From Myxococcota bacterium (GTDB taxonomy: Bacteria; Myxococcota_A; SURF-8), in NCBI GenBank assembly GCA_965140415.1, contig OZ223209.1, positions 1,728,001-1,792,000 of the forward strand: a stretch of DNA of 64,000 nucleotides, read 5' to 3'. The notes beneath the pieces were generated by a model. That model was not told the origin of the DNA, did no database searches, and saw only the letters and a program-made list of their open reading frames with translations. Positions 46,495-57,079 of the stretch are shown here, one piece after another. A program made the position numbers and the translations under genes. Each line of letters starts with the position of its first letter. The first letter of the stretch is position 1.

Positions 46495-48234
46495 ATGTCC
46501 GACGCACGGAAAATCTGGATCAGCCCCACACCCGATGCTGCTGCCGTGAAGCATTTGCAGGAGCATCTGCGTTTACGCGAGCCGGTGGCGCGGGTATTGG
46601 TCAACCGTGCGATCGTCACCTCGGAGCAGGCGCAGGATTACCTGTCGCAGACTTTGCAGGCGTTGCCGGACCCCTTCCTGTTAAAAGGCATGGATCTTGC
46701 CGTTCGTCGCATCGAGAAGGCCATTCGCAGGCGCGAAAAAATCGTGGCCTGGGGGGATTACGATGTCGATGGCGTGACGTCTTTGGCGCTACTGACGCAC
46801 TTTTTCAAGGCGATTTCCTATCCCTTGACTGCCGAAATTCCTCTGCGCATCGAAGACGGCTACGGCTTGCAGATGAAAGCGGTGGAGCGGCTGGCCAAGC
46901 AGGGCGCGCAGTTGATCGTCACCGTGGATAACGGCATCAGCAGTGCGGCTGAAATCGAGCGGGCGCGTGAATTGGGAGTGGATGTCATCGTGGTGGATCA
47001 TCACCAGATCCCGGAAACCTTTCCCGATGTCGCTGTAGCCGTCGTCAATCCCTTGCAGCCGGATTGTTCTTTCCCATTCAAAGACCTGGCTGCCTGTGGC
47101 TTGAGCTTCATGCTGCTTGCTGGGTTGCGGCGCTACCTCGTAGAGCGTGACGTGATCGACCGCGAGAGTGCGCCGAACTTGAAAAACCTGTTGGATATCG
47201 TTGCTTTGGGTACGGTTGCCGATCTGGTTCCGCTTACCGGGTTGAATCGCCTGTTCGTGCGTTATGGCCTGCCGATTCTGTCCCGCAGCAAGCGCCCCGG
47301 CGTCTTGGCGCTTAAAGAGGTTTCCCGTGTGGATGTGGATGCCGATGTGGATGCCTATACCGTCGGTTTCATGCTTGCACCGCGTATCAATGCGGGGGGC
47401 CGCATGAGCGACGCCAAAGCCGGGTTGACGCTGTTGACGACCGATCACTTGGCCGAAGCGCGTCAACTGGCTGCGCTATTGGATAAAAACAACAATTTCC
47501 GGCGCAGCATTCAGGAACGGATGCTGGAAGAAGCCTTGCAGATGTTGGAGAGCGATGAAGGCCTGCAACAAGCTCCGGCCCTGGTGCTGGCTAAGGAAGG
47601 TTGGCATGAAGGGGTCATCGGACTGGTGGCGTCTAAACTGGTCGATCACAGTTTCCGCCCGACAGTAGTGATTGCACTGGATGAGGAAGGTGGTGGCAAA
47701 GGTTCCTGCCGTTCGATTCCCGCATTCCACATGCAGCAGGCATTGGAGCGTAACTGCGAATACCTGGATACCTTTGGCGGACATCACATGGCGGCGGGCT
47801 TGAGTTTGCGCGCCGAGCGGCTGGCTGATTTCACCGAGGCATTTATGGAGGATGCGCGGCAGCATTTGACGGAGCGGGATTATATTCCCGAACTGGCCAC
47901 CGATGGTCCCTGTTCGCTCTCGGAAATCGATTACGACCTGCTTGATCAATTGGAGAAACTGGCGCCCTATGGAATGAGCAACCGCCAGCCGATGTTTACC
48001 GAGCAAGGAGTGACGATTGCCACGGCGCGTTTATTGAAGGGTAAGCACTGGAAACTGAAATTGATGAAGGATGAACGCATTCTGGAAGCGATTGCCTTCG
48101 GGCAGGGAGAGCGGGAACTGCTGCGCGGGCAGCGCATCGACATCGCCTACGTGCCGGAGTATAATAGCTTTCGTGGAGCGAAATCGATCCAATTACGTTT
48201 GGTGGACATGCGGTCTTGCGAGGAGGAAGTATGA
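46495..48234 (+). CDS. recJ: single-stranded-DNA exonuclease RecJ
   Basis: GDYDVDG, TVDNG, DHH, GTVAD, PRINAGGR, GSCRS, FGGH; AGGAG RBS. Confidence 0.97.
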   Translation: MSDARKIWISPTPDAAAVKHLQEHLRLREPVARVLVNRAIVTSEQAQDYLSQTLQALPDPFLLKGMDLAVRRIEKAIRRREKIVAWGDYDVDGVTSLALLTHFFKAISYPLTAEIPLRIEDGYGLQMKAVERLAKQGAQLIVTVDNGISSAAEIERARELGVDVIVVDHHQIPETFPDVAVAVVNPLQPDCSFPFKDLAACGLSFMLLAGLRRYLVERDVIDRESAPNLKNLLDIVALGTVADLVPLTGLNRLFVRYGLPILSRSKRPGVLALKEVSRVDVDADVDAYTVGFMLAPRINAGGRMSDAKAGLTLLTTDHLAEARQLAALLDKNNNFRRSIQERMLEEALQMLESDEGLQQAPALVLAKEGWHEGVIGLVASKLVDHSFRPTVVIALDEEGGGKGSCRSIPAFHMQQALERNCEYLDTFGGHHMAAGLSLRAERLADFTEAFMEDARQHLTERDYIPELATDGPCSLSEIDYDLLDQLEKLAPYGMSNRQPMFTEQGVTIATARLLKGKHWKLKLMKDERILEAIAFGQGERELLRGQRIDIAYVPEYNSFRGAKSIQLRLVDMRSCEEEV

Positions 48235-49253
48235 GCGGGTTTCGTTGGGCCGGATGGGCTGTGATCGCGGCGTTCGTGCTGTGTTGCATGATCGGCTGCG
48301 AGAAAAAACCCGATATGAAAATGGATTTTACTGCGGGGGAAAGCCGCGCCTACCAATTCTGGATGAGCCAGCAAGTGGAGCCGCATCAACAGAAAATCGA
48401 GCCGCAGCGCGTGATGATTCGGGCAACAATGATTTTTGAAACCAAAGAGATATTGGAAGATAGTTCTGCGCGGGTGGCGGTTCGTCTAAAGAAACCCAAC
48501 GGTCTAGTTTCCGGTAAAGATGGGCGTAAGCCGATTCCCCAGATGAACGCTTTGGAAGGGGTCGGTTTTACGATCACGCAAGAGAAAAACGGTGAGATCC
48601 GCTCCATCGAACAAACGGGGGAGAGTTCGGATCAACTGGCGGCCACCATTGAAAGCCTTCAAATGACTTTGCGTGAAATGCTGCCTACTTTGCCGCAACG
48701 CTTGACGCGCGGCACGGCCTGGCCGCGTCGGGTGGAGTTGAGAGAGAACAAGCCACCTTACGGTGAGATTCGCCACGTGACCCAGAGCGCATTTGAAATG
48801 AAGCAGGAAACCACGGTCGATGGTACGAAGGCGGCGGAATTGTCCGTGAATTTTCGCATCCTGATCGGCGATCAGGTCTTGCACTCCGTTTCCGGCGAAG
48901 CGCTTGCGCCGCGCGTTAAGAAAGAAGCGCTGGCAGAAGGAAAATCCGCAGAGGCCGGGCTGAACATGTACGGCTTAAGCGGATTGGGAGAGGGCAGGGG
49001 AACGATCTTCGTGGATTTGAAGCGGGGATGGCTACTGGGCGCTCAGTATGATACGACTATCGAATTGCAGGCCCGCATGTTGCGCGGTGAGGAAGAAGAG
49101 CAGAGCAGCCAAACGATTCGCTCGCATATCGAAATGCAGCCGCTGCACGCCGTCGCCAAACCGGGCGCGTTCGAGTCCATCGAGCGTAATTCAAAGAACA
49201 TCGATGCGCCGCCGACGGTTCACACCGACGGTGAGCCTAGTAAGGAGCCGTAA
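48231..49253 (+). CDS. hypothetical lipoprotein
   Basis: Lipobox MIGC; coupled to recJ (ATGA) and to dapF (TAATG). Confidence 0.8.
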   Translation: MSGFRWAGWAVIAAFVLCCMIGCEKKPDMKMDFTAGESRAYQFWMSQQVEPHQQKIEPQRVMIRATMIFETKEILEDSSARVAVRLKKPNGLVSGKDGRKPIPQMNALEGVGFTITQEKNGEIRSIEQTGESSDQLAATIESLQMTLREMLPTLPQRLTRGTAWPRRVELRENKPPYGEIRHVTQSAFEMKQETTVDGTKAAELSVNFRILIGDQVLHSVSGEALAPRVKKEALAEGKSAEAGLNMYGLSGLGEGRGTIFVDLKRGWLLGAQYDTTIELQARMLRGEEEEQSSQTIRSHIEMQPLHAVAKPGAFESIERNSKNIDAPPTVHTDGEPSKEP

Positions 49254-50107
49254 TGAGAAATATTCCTTTCCACAAAGTACAGGGCGCGGGAAACGATTTC
49301 GTGCTGTTCGATCCGGAATTTCAACCGGATGCCTTTTCAACCGAAGATCTGCGCCTGCTCTGCGACCGTCATTTCGGTGTCGGCTCCGACGGCGTGTTGT
49401 TCGTCTGTCCCTCCGAGCGCGCACACGTGATGATGCGCATGTTCAACCCGGACGGCTCCGAAGCGGAGATGTGCGGCAACGGCATTCGCTGTTTCGCCAA
49501 ACACGTATTCGATGCCGGTGTGATCAAAGAACGCGAACTCAAGGTGGAAAGCCGCGTGGGTGTGCATCTGTGCAAGCTGTTCTTGGGTGAAGACGGCAAG
49601 GTGGATGAGGTGGAAGTCGGCATGGGGCAGCCGCAGTACGAGCGCGGTGCGCTGGGTATGGAAGGACAAGGCGAGTTCGTCGATCAGGCAGTACAAGCCG
49701 AAAATTATACCTTTAAAGGCACGGGCGTGTCGATGGGTAACCCTCATCTGGTGATCTTCCATTCCTTGCAAATTCCCGAGGCTGAAAAGATCGGTCCTTT
49801 ATTTGAATCGCACCCGGATTTCAAGCACCGCACCAACGTGGAGTTCGTTGAGCAACTAGGCGAGCAGCACTTGCGGGTGGTGGTGTACGAACGGGGTGCG
49901 GGAATTACGCTGGCTTGCGGAACGGGCGCCTGTGCGACGGTGGCGGCGGCGGCCAAGGAAGGGCGCGTTTCGCGCGAGCAGCCCACCGTGGTCGATCTTC
50001 CCGGCGGTCGCCTGACGATCCGCTTCGATGAGCAGAGCGGCGAAATCTGGATGCGCGGCCCGGCACGCTACGTCTTTTCGGGAAGCATCGAACTGCCGGA
50101 AAGATAA
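49253..50107 (+). CDS. dapF: diaminopimelate epimerase
   Basis: GAGNDF, NPDGSEAEMCGNGIRC, GNPH, ERGAGITLACGTGAC. Confidence 0.97.
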   Translation: MRNIPFHKVQGAGNDFVLFDPEFQPDAFSTEDLRLLCDRHFGVGSDGVLFVCPSERAHVMMRMFNPDGSEAEMCGNGIRCFAKHVFDAGVIKERELKVESRVGVHLCKLFLGEDGKVDEVEVGMGQPQYERGALGMEGQGEFVDQAVQAENYTFKGTGVSMGNPHLVIFHSLQIPEAEKIGPLFESHPDFKHRTNVEFVEQLGEQHLRVVVYERGAGITLACGTGACATVAAAAKEGRVSREQPTVVDLPGGRLTIRFDEQSGEIWMRGPARYVFSGSIELPER

Positions 50108-50133
50108 GCAGGCAGGTTAAGGTGTTTTAGGAA

Positions 50134-51270
50134 TTAGGTGTCCGTCCGCATCAGCCCATCAACAAACAACAGCGTTTGTGCGGCCACGGATTCCAGCTGT
50201 AATTGATCGATGAAGCGCCGGGCTTGTATTCCAAGTTGCTCTAAGTCACTTCGTGTGGCGATTTGCTGCAACATCCGCCGAGATGCAACATCATCGGACT
50301 CTTCGAAAACCTCTCCACAGCAAGCGGCTTCGATCCGCTCCCGCAATCCAGGATGAGCAACTCCGAAGACCGCCACTCCCGATGCCATTGCTTCCAGCGC
50401 TGCGCGGCCCGATGCGTCGCGACCGACGGCGGGCAAAAAAAGCGCATCCATCGCCTGATAGGCCGCAGGCAGGCGTTCATTCAGGAAACCGGGAAAATGG
50501 ATTCGATGTGCCAACTTCCTTTCTGCGGCGAGATAGCGAGCCAGGGGAAGGTCTTCGCCCCAGCCGATCAGCAACAGGTGCAGGTTCGGATAGCTGCCGG
50601 CGATGTCTGCGAAATGACGGACCAACTCCACCTGTCCGCGTCCGGCCTTGAATCGTCCAATGCTTCCAATCACTCGCGCCTGCGGCGGCAGTCCGAAAAT
50701 TTGCCGGGATTGCTGCTTTGCTTCTTCCGTAACCACATGAAAACGTTCTCGGTCTACCAGATTGGGTAGCGGCCATAAGCGCTTTTCAGGTATGTGCAAA
50801 ACGCGCGCCCAATGGCTCCGGTCGCTGGTGTAGGGCAACAGCAGTCCGTCGGCCTGGCGCAATAACGCAAGGCGCGCGGGATGCCCCTCCAATTCTTTCG
50901 GCGTTCGATTCAGGTAATGAACGATAGGCACACGATTTCGGCCAAGGCTCCGTGCTGCGACGGCCAGTGTCAGGGCGTGGCTTTCCGTCGTCAGAACCAG
51001 ATCGATTTCACGATGCTGGCACCATTTGCGCAGGCGCAGCAGGTCACGCAGATGCTGGTCGGGCCGTGCGTGGGTACATAGAAAGAAATCTTCAGTGTGA
51101 TTCAGATCCCAGCTCCTAAGCCAGGATTGCAGGTCGCCTTCATGGATGGTATCGCTGGCGACAATCACCTCACAGCCGCTCCGTTTCAGAAGTTTTGCAA
51201 GCTCGCACACGGGATGTACCGGACCGGTCAAGGTCGGCGAAGCGGCAAGCACGAGGATGCGCCTGGTCAT
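50134..51270 (-). CDS. GT4 family glycosyltransferase
   Basis: IGRFKAGRG, IHFPGF, YQAMDALFLP...LEAMASG. Confidence 0.85.
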   Translation of the reverse strand: MTRRILVLAASPTLTGPVHPVCELAKLLKRSGCEVIVASDTIHEGDLQSWLRSWDLNHTEDFFLCTHARPDQHLRDLLRLRKWCQHREIDLVLTTESHALTLAVAARSLGRNRVPIVHYLNRTPKELEGHPARLALLRQADGLLLPYTSDRSHWARVLHIPEKRLWPLPNLVDRERFHVVTEEAKQQSRQIFGLPPQARVIGSIGRFKAGRGQVELVRHFADIAGSYPNLHLLLIGWGEDLPLARYLAAERKLAHRIHFPGFLNERLPAAYQAMDALFLPAVGRDASGRAALEAMASGVAVFGVAHPGLRERIEAACCGEVFEESDDVASRRMLQQIATRSDLEQLGIQARRFIDQLQLESVAAQTLLFVDGLMRTDT

Positions 51271-52352
51271 GGGCGCTTTATGGAAAAAGTGGGGTCGACG
51301 GTTAAGCCATCCAGCCAGCCGAAGAAATCGCGTGAGATTTTGACCCGATCCGGGATTTCGGAAGGCACCACGAAGGTGCGGTGCGGCGGTGTATTGTAAG
51401 TCCAGCGCGTGGCGACTTGCGGTGCGGCAAGTGCGTAGGTTGGCAGTCCTTTTGCGGCGGCCAGATGCAAAGGACCGGTGTCGTTGCCGAGATAGGCGTG
51501 CATCCGTCCCAATAGCGCCGCTAAAAGATCCGGGTCGGCCTCGGGGATCAGAAAACTGTTGGTGGTGCGCGCCAATGCCTGCGCCAGATGACGTTCCTGC
51601 GGTCCCCAGCCGATGACCGGCTGCCAGTGTACCTGTCCGCGCAGTCCGGTCAGCAGGTGCTGATACAAAGTCAGGGGAAAGCGCCGGTCTGCCTTGCGCC
51701 CGCCGGGCCAGACGAACAACAGCGGACGGTTGAGCAGGGAATTTTCCGCCAGCCAGCGCTCGGTAAGTCGGATACTGTTTTCACTGGGAGCGCCCGTCCA
51801 GCTTGGAAGCGGCGGTTGTTCTCCGAAAGGTGCGAGCAACGACATCTTTTGCTGTTGTTCGTGCAATTCTTCTTCCGGAATCGGAGTGGGATGGGTATAG
51901 GCGCGGTCGAATTTGCCGCGAGCATGTCCGATGCGCAGTGGAGAATTGGCCCAGAGTGTGATCAATAGCCCGGTAGTGGATTGCGCGTGGCTGTGGCTGG
52001 CGTCGATTGTCAGATCGTAATGCATACGCCTGAGACGCAGGAAAAAGAGCAGCCAGCGCAATGGACGCTTGAAGAGCCAGCGCTTGTTAAAGGGCAGCAT
52101 TGTCAGTTGATACGGGTTCTGCTTGACCAGATCCTGAAAACGGGCGGGTACGAGCCAATCGATACGAGCTTGTGGAAACAGGTGGCGCAGCCCCGCTGCA
52201 ACCGGCGTGGTGAGAATCAGATTTCCCATGCGGTCGTCGGGGCGTACTAACAGAATCCGGTGGATGTGTTCCGGCTCGATCTCTGCACTGGCTCGGCGTG
52301 AGACGAACAACCAGCAGGCAAGCCATAATAGGATTCGCTTTAGCGTACTCAT
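51267..52352 (-). CDS. GT9 family glycosyltransferase (heptosyltransferase-like)
   Basis: RILLVRPDDRMGNLILTTP, GNDTGPLHLAAA. Confidence 0.9.
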   Translation of the reverse strand: MSTLKRILLWLACWLFVSRRASAEIEPEHIHRILLVRPDDRMGNLILTTPVAAGLRHLFPQARIDWLVPARFQDLVKQNPYQLTMLPFNKRWLFKRPLRWLLFFLRLRRMHYDLTIDASHSHAQSTTGLLITLWANSPLRIGHARGKFDRAYTHPTPIPEEELHEQQQKMSLLAPFGEQPPLPSWTGAPSENSIRLTERWLAENSLLNRPLLFVWPGGRKADRRFPLTLYQHLLTGLRGQVHWQPVIGWGPQERHLAQALARTTNSFLIPEADPDLLAALLGRMHAYLGNDTGPLHLAAAKGLPTYALAAPQVATRWTYNTPPHRTFVVPSEIPDRVKISRDFFGWLDGLTVDPTFSIKRP

Positions 52353-52396
52353 GCCCCTCTACTGCTTTCTATCGAAGAAATATCCTACAGCAGCAA

Positions 52397-53692
52397 TCAG
52401 CGCCGCAACGCCCGGATCGGGTCGATGCGCCCAGTTGTCAGCGCCGGACCCAGCGCGCCCAGTATGCTGAAGATCATACCATATCCGATTGCCAGCGGCC
52501 ACAACCACAAAGGAAAGACCACGATTTCGGATGGCGAAAACGGCAGACCCGATAAGTGAGAAACCGCAAAAGATTCCAGTAGCATAGAGCATGTGGCTCC
52601 AAGCAGCGATCCGATCAGGCTACCGATGATCCCGATTACCAAGGCTTCCAGCACGATCATGACGGTCATTTCAGAGCGCGTTGCACCCAGAGTACGCCAC
52701 AACCCGATTTCGCGTCGTCGGCGGTGGACGATCATCAAGAAGAGAAAGGATAGATTCAGTGCGGCAAGCAACATGATCAGCACCGAGAGGCTTACAAACA
52801 GACCGGTTACAAAGGTAATTCCCTGTTCGATGCTGCGACTGGCGCCTTCTTTGGCGGTCTGCACCGAAAAGCCTTTTTCTTCGGCGAATGCCTGGATGTG
52901 TTGCACCTGTTCCGGCTGGCGCGTATCGATGTACAATGCCTGATAACGATCCCCACGCCCGGAAAATTCCTTGTTCCAGCGTTGCACGTATTCCAAGGGG
53001 AAAGTCACACCGATCGTCACCGCTTTCTTGCTGAAACCGACCAGTTCGCATTGCACTTTGCGGGGCTTGCCTTGTTTGGCCTGACCGCCAAGATAGGATT
53101 TTCCCAAATGCAGATCGAAGCGGAAGCCGATGATGCTGCTTTCTTTGATTTCGGGGAACTTGTTCATCGGGGCGAAAGAATGATTATACAATTCCAGCAT
53201 TTGTCTGGAAACGATCACCGGAACCGGTCCTTTTTCGCGATACGCAAAGCGCTCGGGCTGCTCCAGTTCATCCGCAACCACTTCCGGGGCCAGTCCGGTG
53301 GCGATCAGGTCCGTGGCGACTCGTTGACCGAAGAGCGCCCCGGAAACCTTGATGGGAAAGGTGATATTCATTTCGCCGAAGACCTGCTCCACGCCCGACT
53401 GCTGCCGGATTTCCGTGATGAGTTCTTCCGTTATGGCGGCTCCTTTTAGAAAGCCGGGTTTGGCCAGATTGAACAGCCCAAGATCGATGGAACCGGGCGA
53501 GAGCTTTAGCCGGGTTTCGGGCAGGCTGTCGAAAAGTTTGGACGTGACGTGTTTCTTCAATCCGACACTTAGTGAAATGAAGAAAATCAGCACGGCTACT
53601 CCGGCGGCGACGCCGATCATGGCGAACAGAGAAAAACTCGTGTTTCGCCGGAGATTGTCTTTGACCAGGGCCATGACGGCGGCTCGTCTCAT
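52397..53692 (-). CDS. ABC transporter permease (MacB/FtsX/LolE family)
   Basis: RRREIGLWRTLGAT, C-terminal IDPIRALR, TM-periplasmic-3TM topology. Confidence 0.9.
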   Translation of the reverse strand: MRRAAVMALVKDNLRRNTSFSLFAMIGVAAGVAVLIFFISLSVGLKKHVTSKLFDSLPETRLKLSPGSIDLGLFNLAKPGFLKGAAITEELITEIRQQSGVEQVFGEMNITFPIKVSGALFGQRVATDLIATGLAPEVVADELEQPERFAYREKGPVPVIVSRQMLELYNHSFAPMNKFPEIKESSIIGFRFDLHLGKSYLGGQAKQGKPRKVQCELVGFSKKAVTIGVTFPLEYVQRWNKEFSGRGDRYQALYIDTRQPEQVQHIQAFAEEKGFSVQTAKEGASRSIEQGITFVTGLFVSLSVLIMLLAALNLSFLFLMIVHRRRREIGLWRTLGATRSEMTVMIVLEALVIGIIGSLIGSLLGATCSMLLESFAVSHLSGLPFSPSEIVVFPLWLWPLAIGYGMIFSILGALGPALTTGRIDPIRALRR

Positions 53693-54354
53693 GCGGTTTC
53701 CTCCTGTAAGCTTCCGTCCTGTAAACGGAACAGGCGACCACAGCAGTCCGCCAAATGCCGGTCATGCGAGGCAATGAACAAGGTTTTTCCCTGGGAATGC
53801 AACGTTTTCAGTTCTTCTATCAATTGCTCGCCGGTTTCCCTGTCCAGGTTTCCGGTAGGTTCGTCGCAAAGCAACAGAGGCGGATCGCCCACCAAGGCTC
53901 TGGCCAGGGCCAGTCGTTGCAGTTGTCCGCCGGATAGTTCCGAAGGCAGCGCTTTCCCGAAATTCTCCAGGCCTACCCGTTCAAGTAGCTGCATCATGCG
54001 CTGCTCGGAAGGGTCCGAACCGGTCAGGCGAGCTGCCAGAATAAGACTGGCCAGGCAGGTAAGGTGAGCCGGGAAAAAGGGCGTTTGAAACACGAAACCA
54101 AGGCTATGGCTACGCAGCAGGGAGCGCTGATGGTCGTTCATTTTGTGCAATATCTGCCCATTGACGGTGATGTTGCCCTGATAGGCGCTGTCCAGTGCGC
54201 CGATGCAGTGCAGCAGAGAAGATTTACCGGAGCCGGAGCGACCGAAAAGTACGGCAAAGTCGCCCGCTTCGATGTGGGCGTTGACATCGTTCAGTACCGT
54301 TTTCTCGCCGATGCCGGATCGATAGGATTTGTGCACCGCTTCAAGTGTAATCAT
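53689..54354 (-). CDS. ABC transporter ATP-binding protein (LolD/MacB-like)
   Basis: GRSGSGKS, LSGGQLQR, DEPTGNLD, SHD. Confidence 0.95.
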   Translation of the reverse strand: MITLEAVHKSYRSGIGEKTVLNDVNAHIEAGDFAVLFGRSGSGKSSLLHCIGALDSAYQGNITVNGQILHKMNDHQRSLLRSHSLGFVFQTPFFPAHLTCLASLILAARLTGSDPSEQRMMQLLERVGLENFGKALPSELSGGQLQRLALARALVGDPPLLLCDEPTGNLDRETGEQLIEELKTLHSQGKTLFIASHDRHLADCCGRLFRLQDGSLQEETA

Positions 54355-54499
54355 CGGGAACCATTCCTTTTGTCAGCACGGGCGAGGTTATACCAGTCGG
54401 AGAGATGTGTGTCAACTTGGTGGATCAGTTCCACAAGAATGTAACGGGTGACGCAGGTTACAAGAATGCTTAATGAAATCAGTGCGTTGTTAAATAATG

Positions 54500-54540
54500 A
54501 ACATGCCGACACCTTGGCAGGAGCAAGGTGCCGGCATGTT
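54500..54540 (-). terminator. long stem-loop downstream of the repeat-protein gene
   Basis: aacatgccgacaccttg...caaggtgccggcatgtt. Confidence 0.6.
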
Positions 54541-54591
54541 AGGTTCTATCAAATGAAACTGTCGTGTTTTTCAGTCGTTAGCTTGTCCGTT

Positions 54592-55431
54592 CTAGTCGTC
54601 GAGTTTGGGCATACGACCAATAGGACCGCGCATCAGCAATTCGCGTTTTCGATCTTCATGGAAGCGATTCGCTGGATGGGTTGCTGCCAGATTCACTCGT
54701 TTTTGAACCGGTGTGATCTGGGTGGAGTTGCCTCCATCGACTTTGTCGTAACGCCCCACGCGGCTCGCTCGCAGCATGTCGCGTTTTTTCTGCTCGATGA
54801 AGCGATTGGTTAGCTGTGTCGAGGTCAATTCGCTGCTCGGTTTTTGCACCGGCTGCATGCTTGGTTCTTCGGTGTCGTCTCCAACCTTGTCAAAGCGGCC
54901 AACTTCTGCTCCCAATAGCATCTGACGCTTTTTCTGCTCCTGCATTTTGCATTCGTTGGTGGTGCAGGCTTCTTCGGCGGATTTGCTGTCCTTGCCAGCT
55001 TCCGCAGCCGTTTTGGGACGTTTGGGGAAGTGAATGTTCTCCGGCATTCCACCAGTCGGGGGCGGCGGTGCAGGTTCTTTCGAGTCGTTGGAGACTTTGT
55101 CGCCCCGACCCACGGTTCCCGTCAACAACAGTTGTCGTACTTTGCCTTCTACGATGCACTCATGTCCTTTGCAGGTCGTTTTGTGCAGTATCGGCATCGG
55201 AGTGAACAGCGACGAGCCTTTTTGCGCGTTCCCCAATCTAAACGATAGATGCCCGAAGAGATTCGGACGCTCGCGCGTGTCGGCCATACCCAGCTCATTT
55301 CCCGCCGTATTGTCCAGTTTGAGTTTTAGGCTGAGTTTGGTTTTCGACAGGTTCAGCTCCGGGGTGAACTGTCCGGCTAATGCGGGGGTTGCGAAAAGCA
55401 CAAGTACCAATACAATCAGTAGCTTTTTCAT
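54592..55431 (-). CDS. secreted protein with four copies of an unrecognised ~20-aa repeat
   Basis: MKKLLIVLVLVLFATPALA signal; GGGAGG RBS; repeats ExK(K/V)RxxLxxxxVGRxDKV. Confidence 0.85.
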   Translation of the reverse strand: MKKLLIVLVLVLFATPALAGQFTPELNLSKTKLSLKLKLDNTAGNELGMADTRERPNLFGHLSFRLGNAQKGSSLFTPMPILHKTTCKGHECIVEGKVRQLLLTGTVGRGDKVSNDSKEPAPPPPTGGMPENIHFPKRPKTAAEAGKDSKSAEEACTTNECKMQEQKKRQMLLGAEVGRFDKVGDDTEEPSMQPVQKPSSELTSTQLTNRFIEQKKRDMLRASRVGRYDKVDGGNSTQITPVQKRVNLAATHPANRFHEDRKRELLMRGPIGRMPKLDD

Positions 55432-55470
55432 TGTTACCTCCCATCGTGTTATCAATCAACGAACTTATAT

Positions 55471-55499
55471 ATAGTGCCTGCAATGGATACTAATGTCAA
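55471..55499 (-). promoter_or_regulatory. sigma70-like promoter
   Basis: TTGACA-N17-CACTAT on the minus strand. Confidence 0.55.
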
Positions 55500-55723
55500 T
55501 CCTCAATTGTGTGTTGATATGGTTAGATCTTGTTTGCGGATATTCGGAGTTATGCAAAATTAAGATACTAAGTATAATCCATTCTTGATTTTCTCTGCTA
55601 TTTGTGCAATAATTACATTCACTTCGTATCGGATGAAGTTTCTCCTTTTTATTACTGGAGTGTTTTCGGTGCGAAGGCTCTCTTTATGAAAATCATAACA
55701 AACGGAAAACGGCATTACGACTT

Positions 55724-56065
55724 ATGACATTCTGGCAAATTGCAACATTCATCGGTGTTTTCGGCATTGCGAGTTTGGGGATTATATCCTATCGCAATTG
55801 GCTGCAACGTCCGAAACGTAATACCTCTCTGCCGAAAGCGGGAATTGTACATCCCTATCGAGCGCGTTATGGGAATGTCTATCGCGATAGCGAAAAGCCT
55901 TTAGGTGCATTTAGCGGCTATACTCCGAAGCAAAACGATAGTCTTGCCGAACCAGCCAGTCTGTCTTTGGCGATGAAGTCCGCCCATAAGCCGCGGTACT
56001 CGAAAGAATCGCATCCCGTATTCCGCCAGGTGCGCTCAAACTCCCGGTCCTCGCAAAAACGCTGA
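55724..56065 (+). CDS. small hypothetical protein with N-terminal TM helix and basic tail
   Basis: ORF fills the gap; hydrophobic N-terminus; followed by a terminator. Confidence 0.55.
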   Translation: MTFWQIATFIGVFGIASLGIISYRNWLQRPKRNTSLPKAGIVHPYRARYGNVYRDSEKPLGAFSGYTPKQNDSLAEPASLSLAMKSAHKPRYSKESHPVFRQVRSNSRSSQKR

Positions 56066-56106
56066 ATCGAAACTTCTACTACGCTTCAAAATCAATGTAA
56101 CCAAAT

Positions 56107-56136
56107 AAAACGACCGCACCTTTCGATGCGGTCGTC
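56107..56136. terminator. terminator between convergent genes
   Basis: acgaccgca...tgcggtcgt stem with an A-run on the left. Confidence 0.65.
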
Positions 56137-56164
56137 ATCATAAGATGCTCGAGCCGGGTGAAAA

Positions 56165-56761
56165 TCAACCATGGCTTTTTGCGTATGCTTTCAATCCATC
56201 ACTATCGGGTTTCATGGTGTCCGCGCCGGGAGTCCAGTTGGCCGGGCAGACTTCCCCGCTTACCTTGGTGTGCTGAAAAGCCTGAATAAGGCGCAGTGTT
56301 TCCTCTACGTTACGACCGACCGCCAGGTTGTTGATGGTGGCGTGCTGAATTACGCCTTCCTCATCGATCAGGAACAAGCCGCGTAACGCGACGCCTTCTC
56401 CGGTCAGGACGTTGTATTTCGTAGAGATTTCCTTGTTGATATCCGCCAACAGTGGATAATTCAACTTGCCGACGCCGCCTTGGTTGCGCGGCGTGTCGCA
56501 CCAGGCCAGATGCGAAAACTGGCTGTCCACGGAAACACCGTAGATTTCAACATTCAACTCTTTGAATTTGTCGTAGGCATCCGAGAATGCAATTACTTCA
56601 GTCGGGCAGACGAACGTAAAATCGAGCGGGTAAAAAAGCAACATCGTCCACTTGCCGTCGGTATGCGGCAACTCATAGTCTACGAACTGACTGTTCAATA
56701 CGCCGACGGTTTTGAATTCGGGAGCTTTGCTTCCTACCAGCGGTTTCGCTTCATGACACAT
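56165..56761 (-). CDS. ahpC: typical 2-Cys peroxiredoxin
   Basis: FYPLDFTFVCPTE, ALRGLF, EVCPANW. Confidence 0.95.
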   Translation of the reverse strand: MCHEAKPLVGSKAPEFKTVGVLNSQFVDYELPHTDGKWTMLLFYPLDFTFVCPTEVIAFSDAYDKFKELNVEIYGVSVDSQFSHLAWCDTPRNQGGVGKLNYPLLADINKEISTKYNVLTGEGVALRGLFLIDEEGVIQHATINNLAVGRNVEETLRLIQAFQHTKVSGEVCPANWTPGADTMKPDSDGLKAYAKSHG

Positions 56762-57022
56762 TTCTCACTCCTTTTCCACACTCTCAAGTATGTTTAATCG
56801 GGTTGTCTATGGTTTTCCTGCTCTTTGCAAAGCGGTGGAATCCATCATTTGCTTTACAGAGAGATCCATTTCGGTGCTTATTCCTGCTATGCCGATTTTT
56901 TTTCGTTCTGGGGTTGGTTGCAAAAAGTCATCCGCTCGTCAATCCGTTCTGTTGGTAGTTAGTTTGAAGTTTATAGGTACGATAAGTTATTGTTATATTG
57001 AGCTTTTTTGCCCGAAAAGGCG

Positions 57023-57051
57023 TTGACATCGTTCTGGGGATTGTCTACATT
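57023..57051 (+). promoter_or_regulatory. sigma70-like promoter for cmk
   Basis: TTGACA-N17-TACATT. Confidence 0.55.
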
Positions 57052-57079
57052 GAAAACATGTTATGATACCGGGAAGAAA

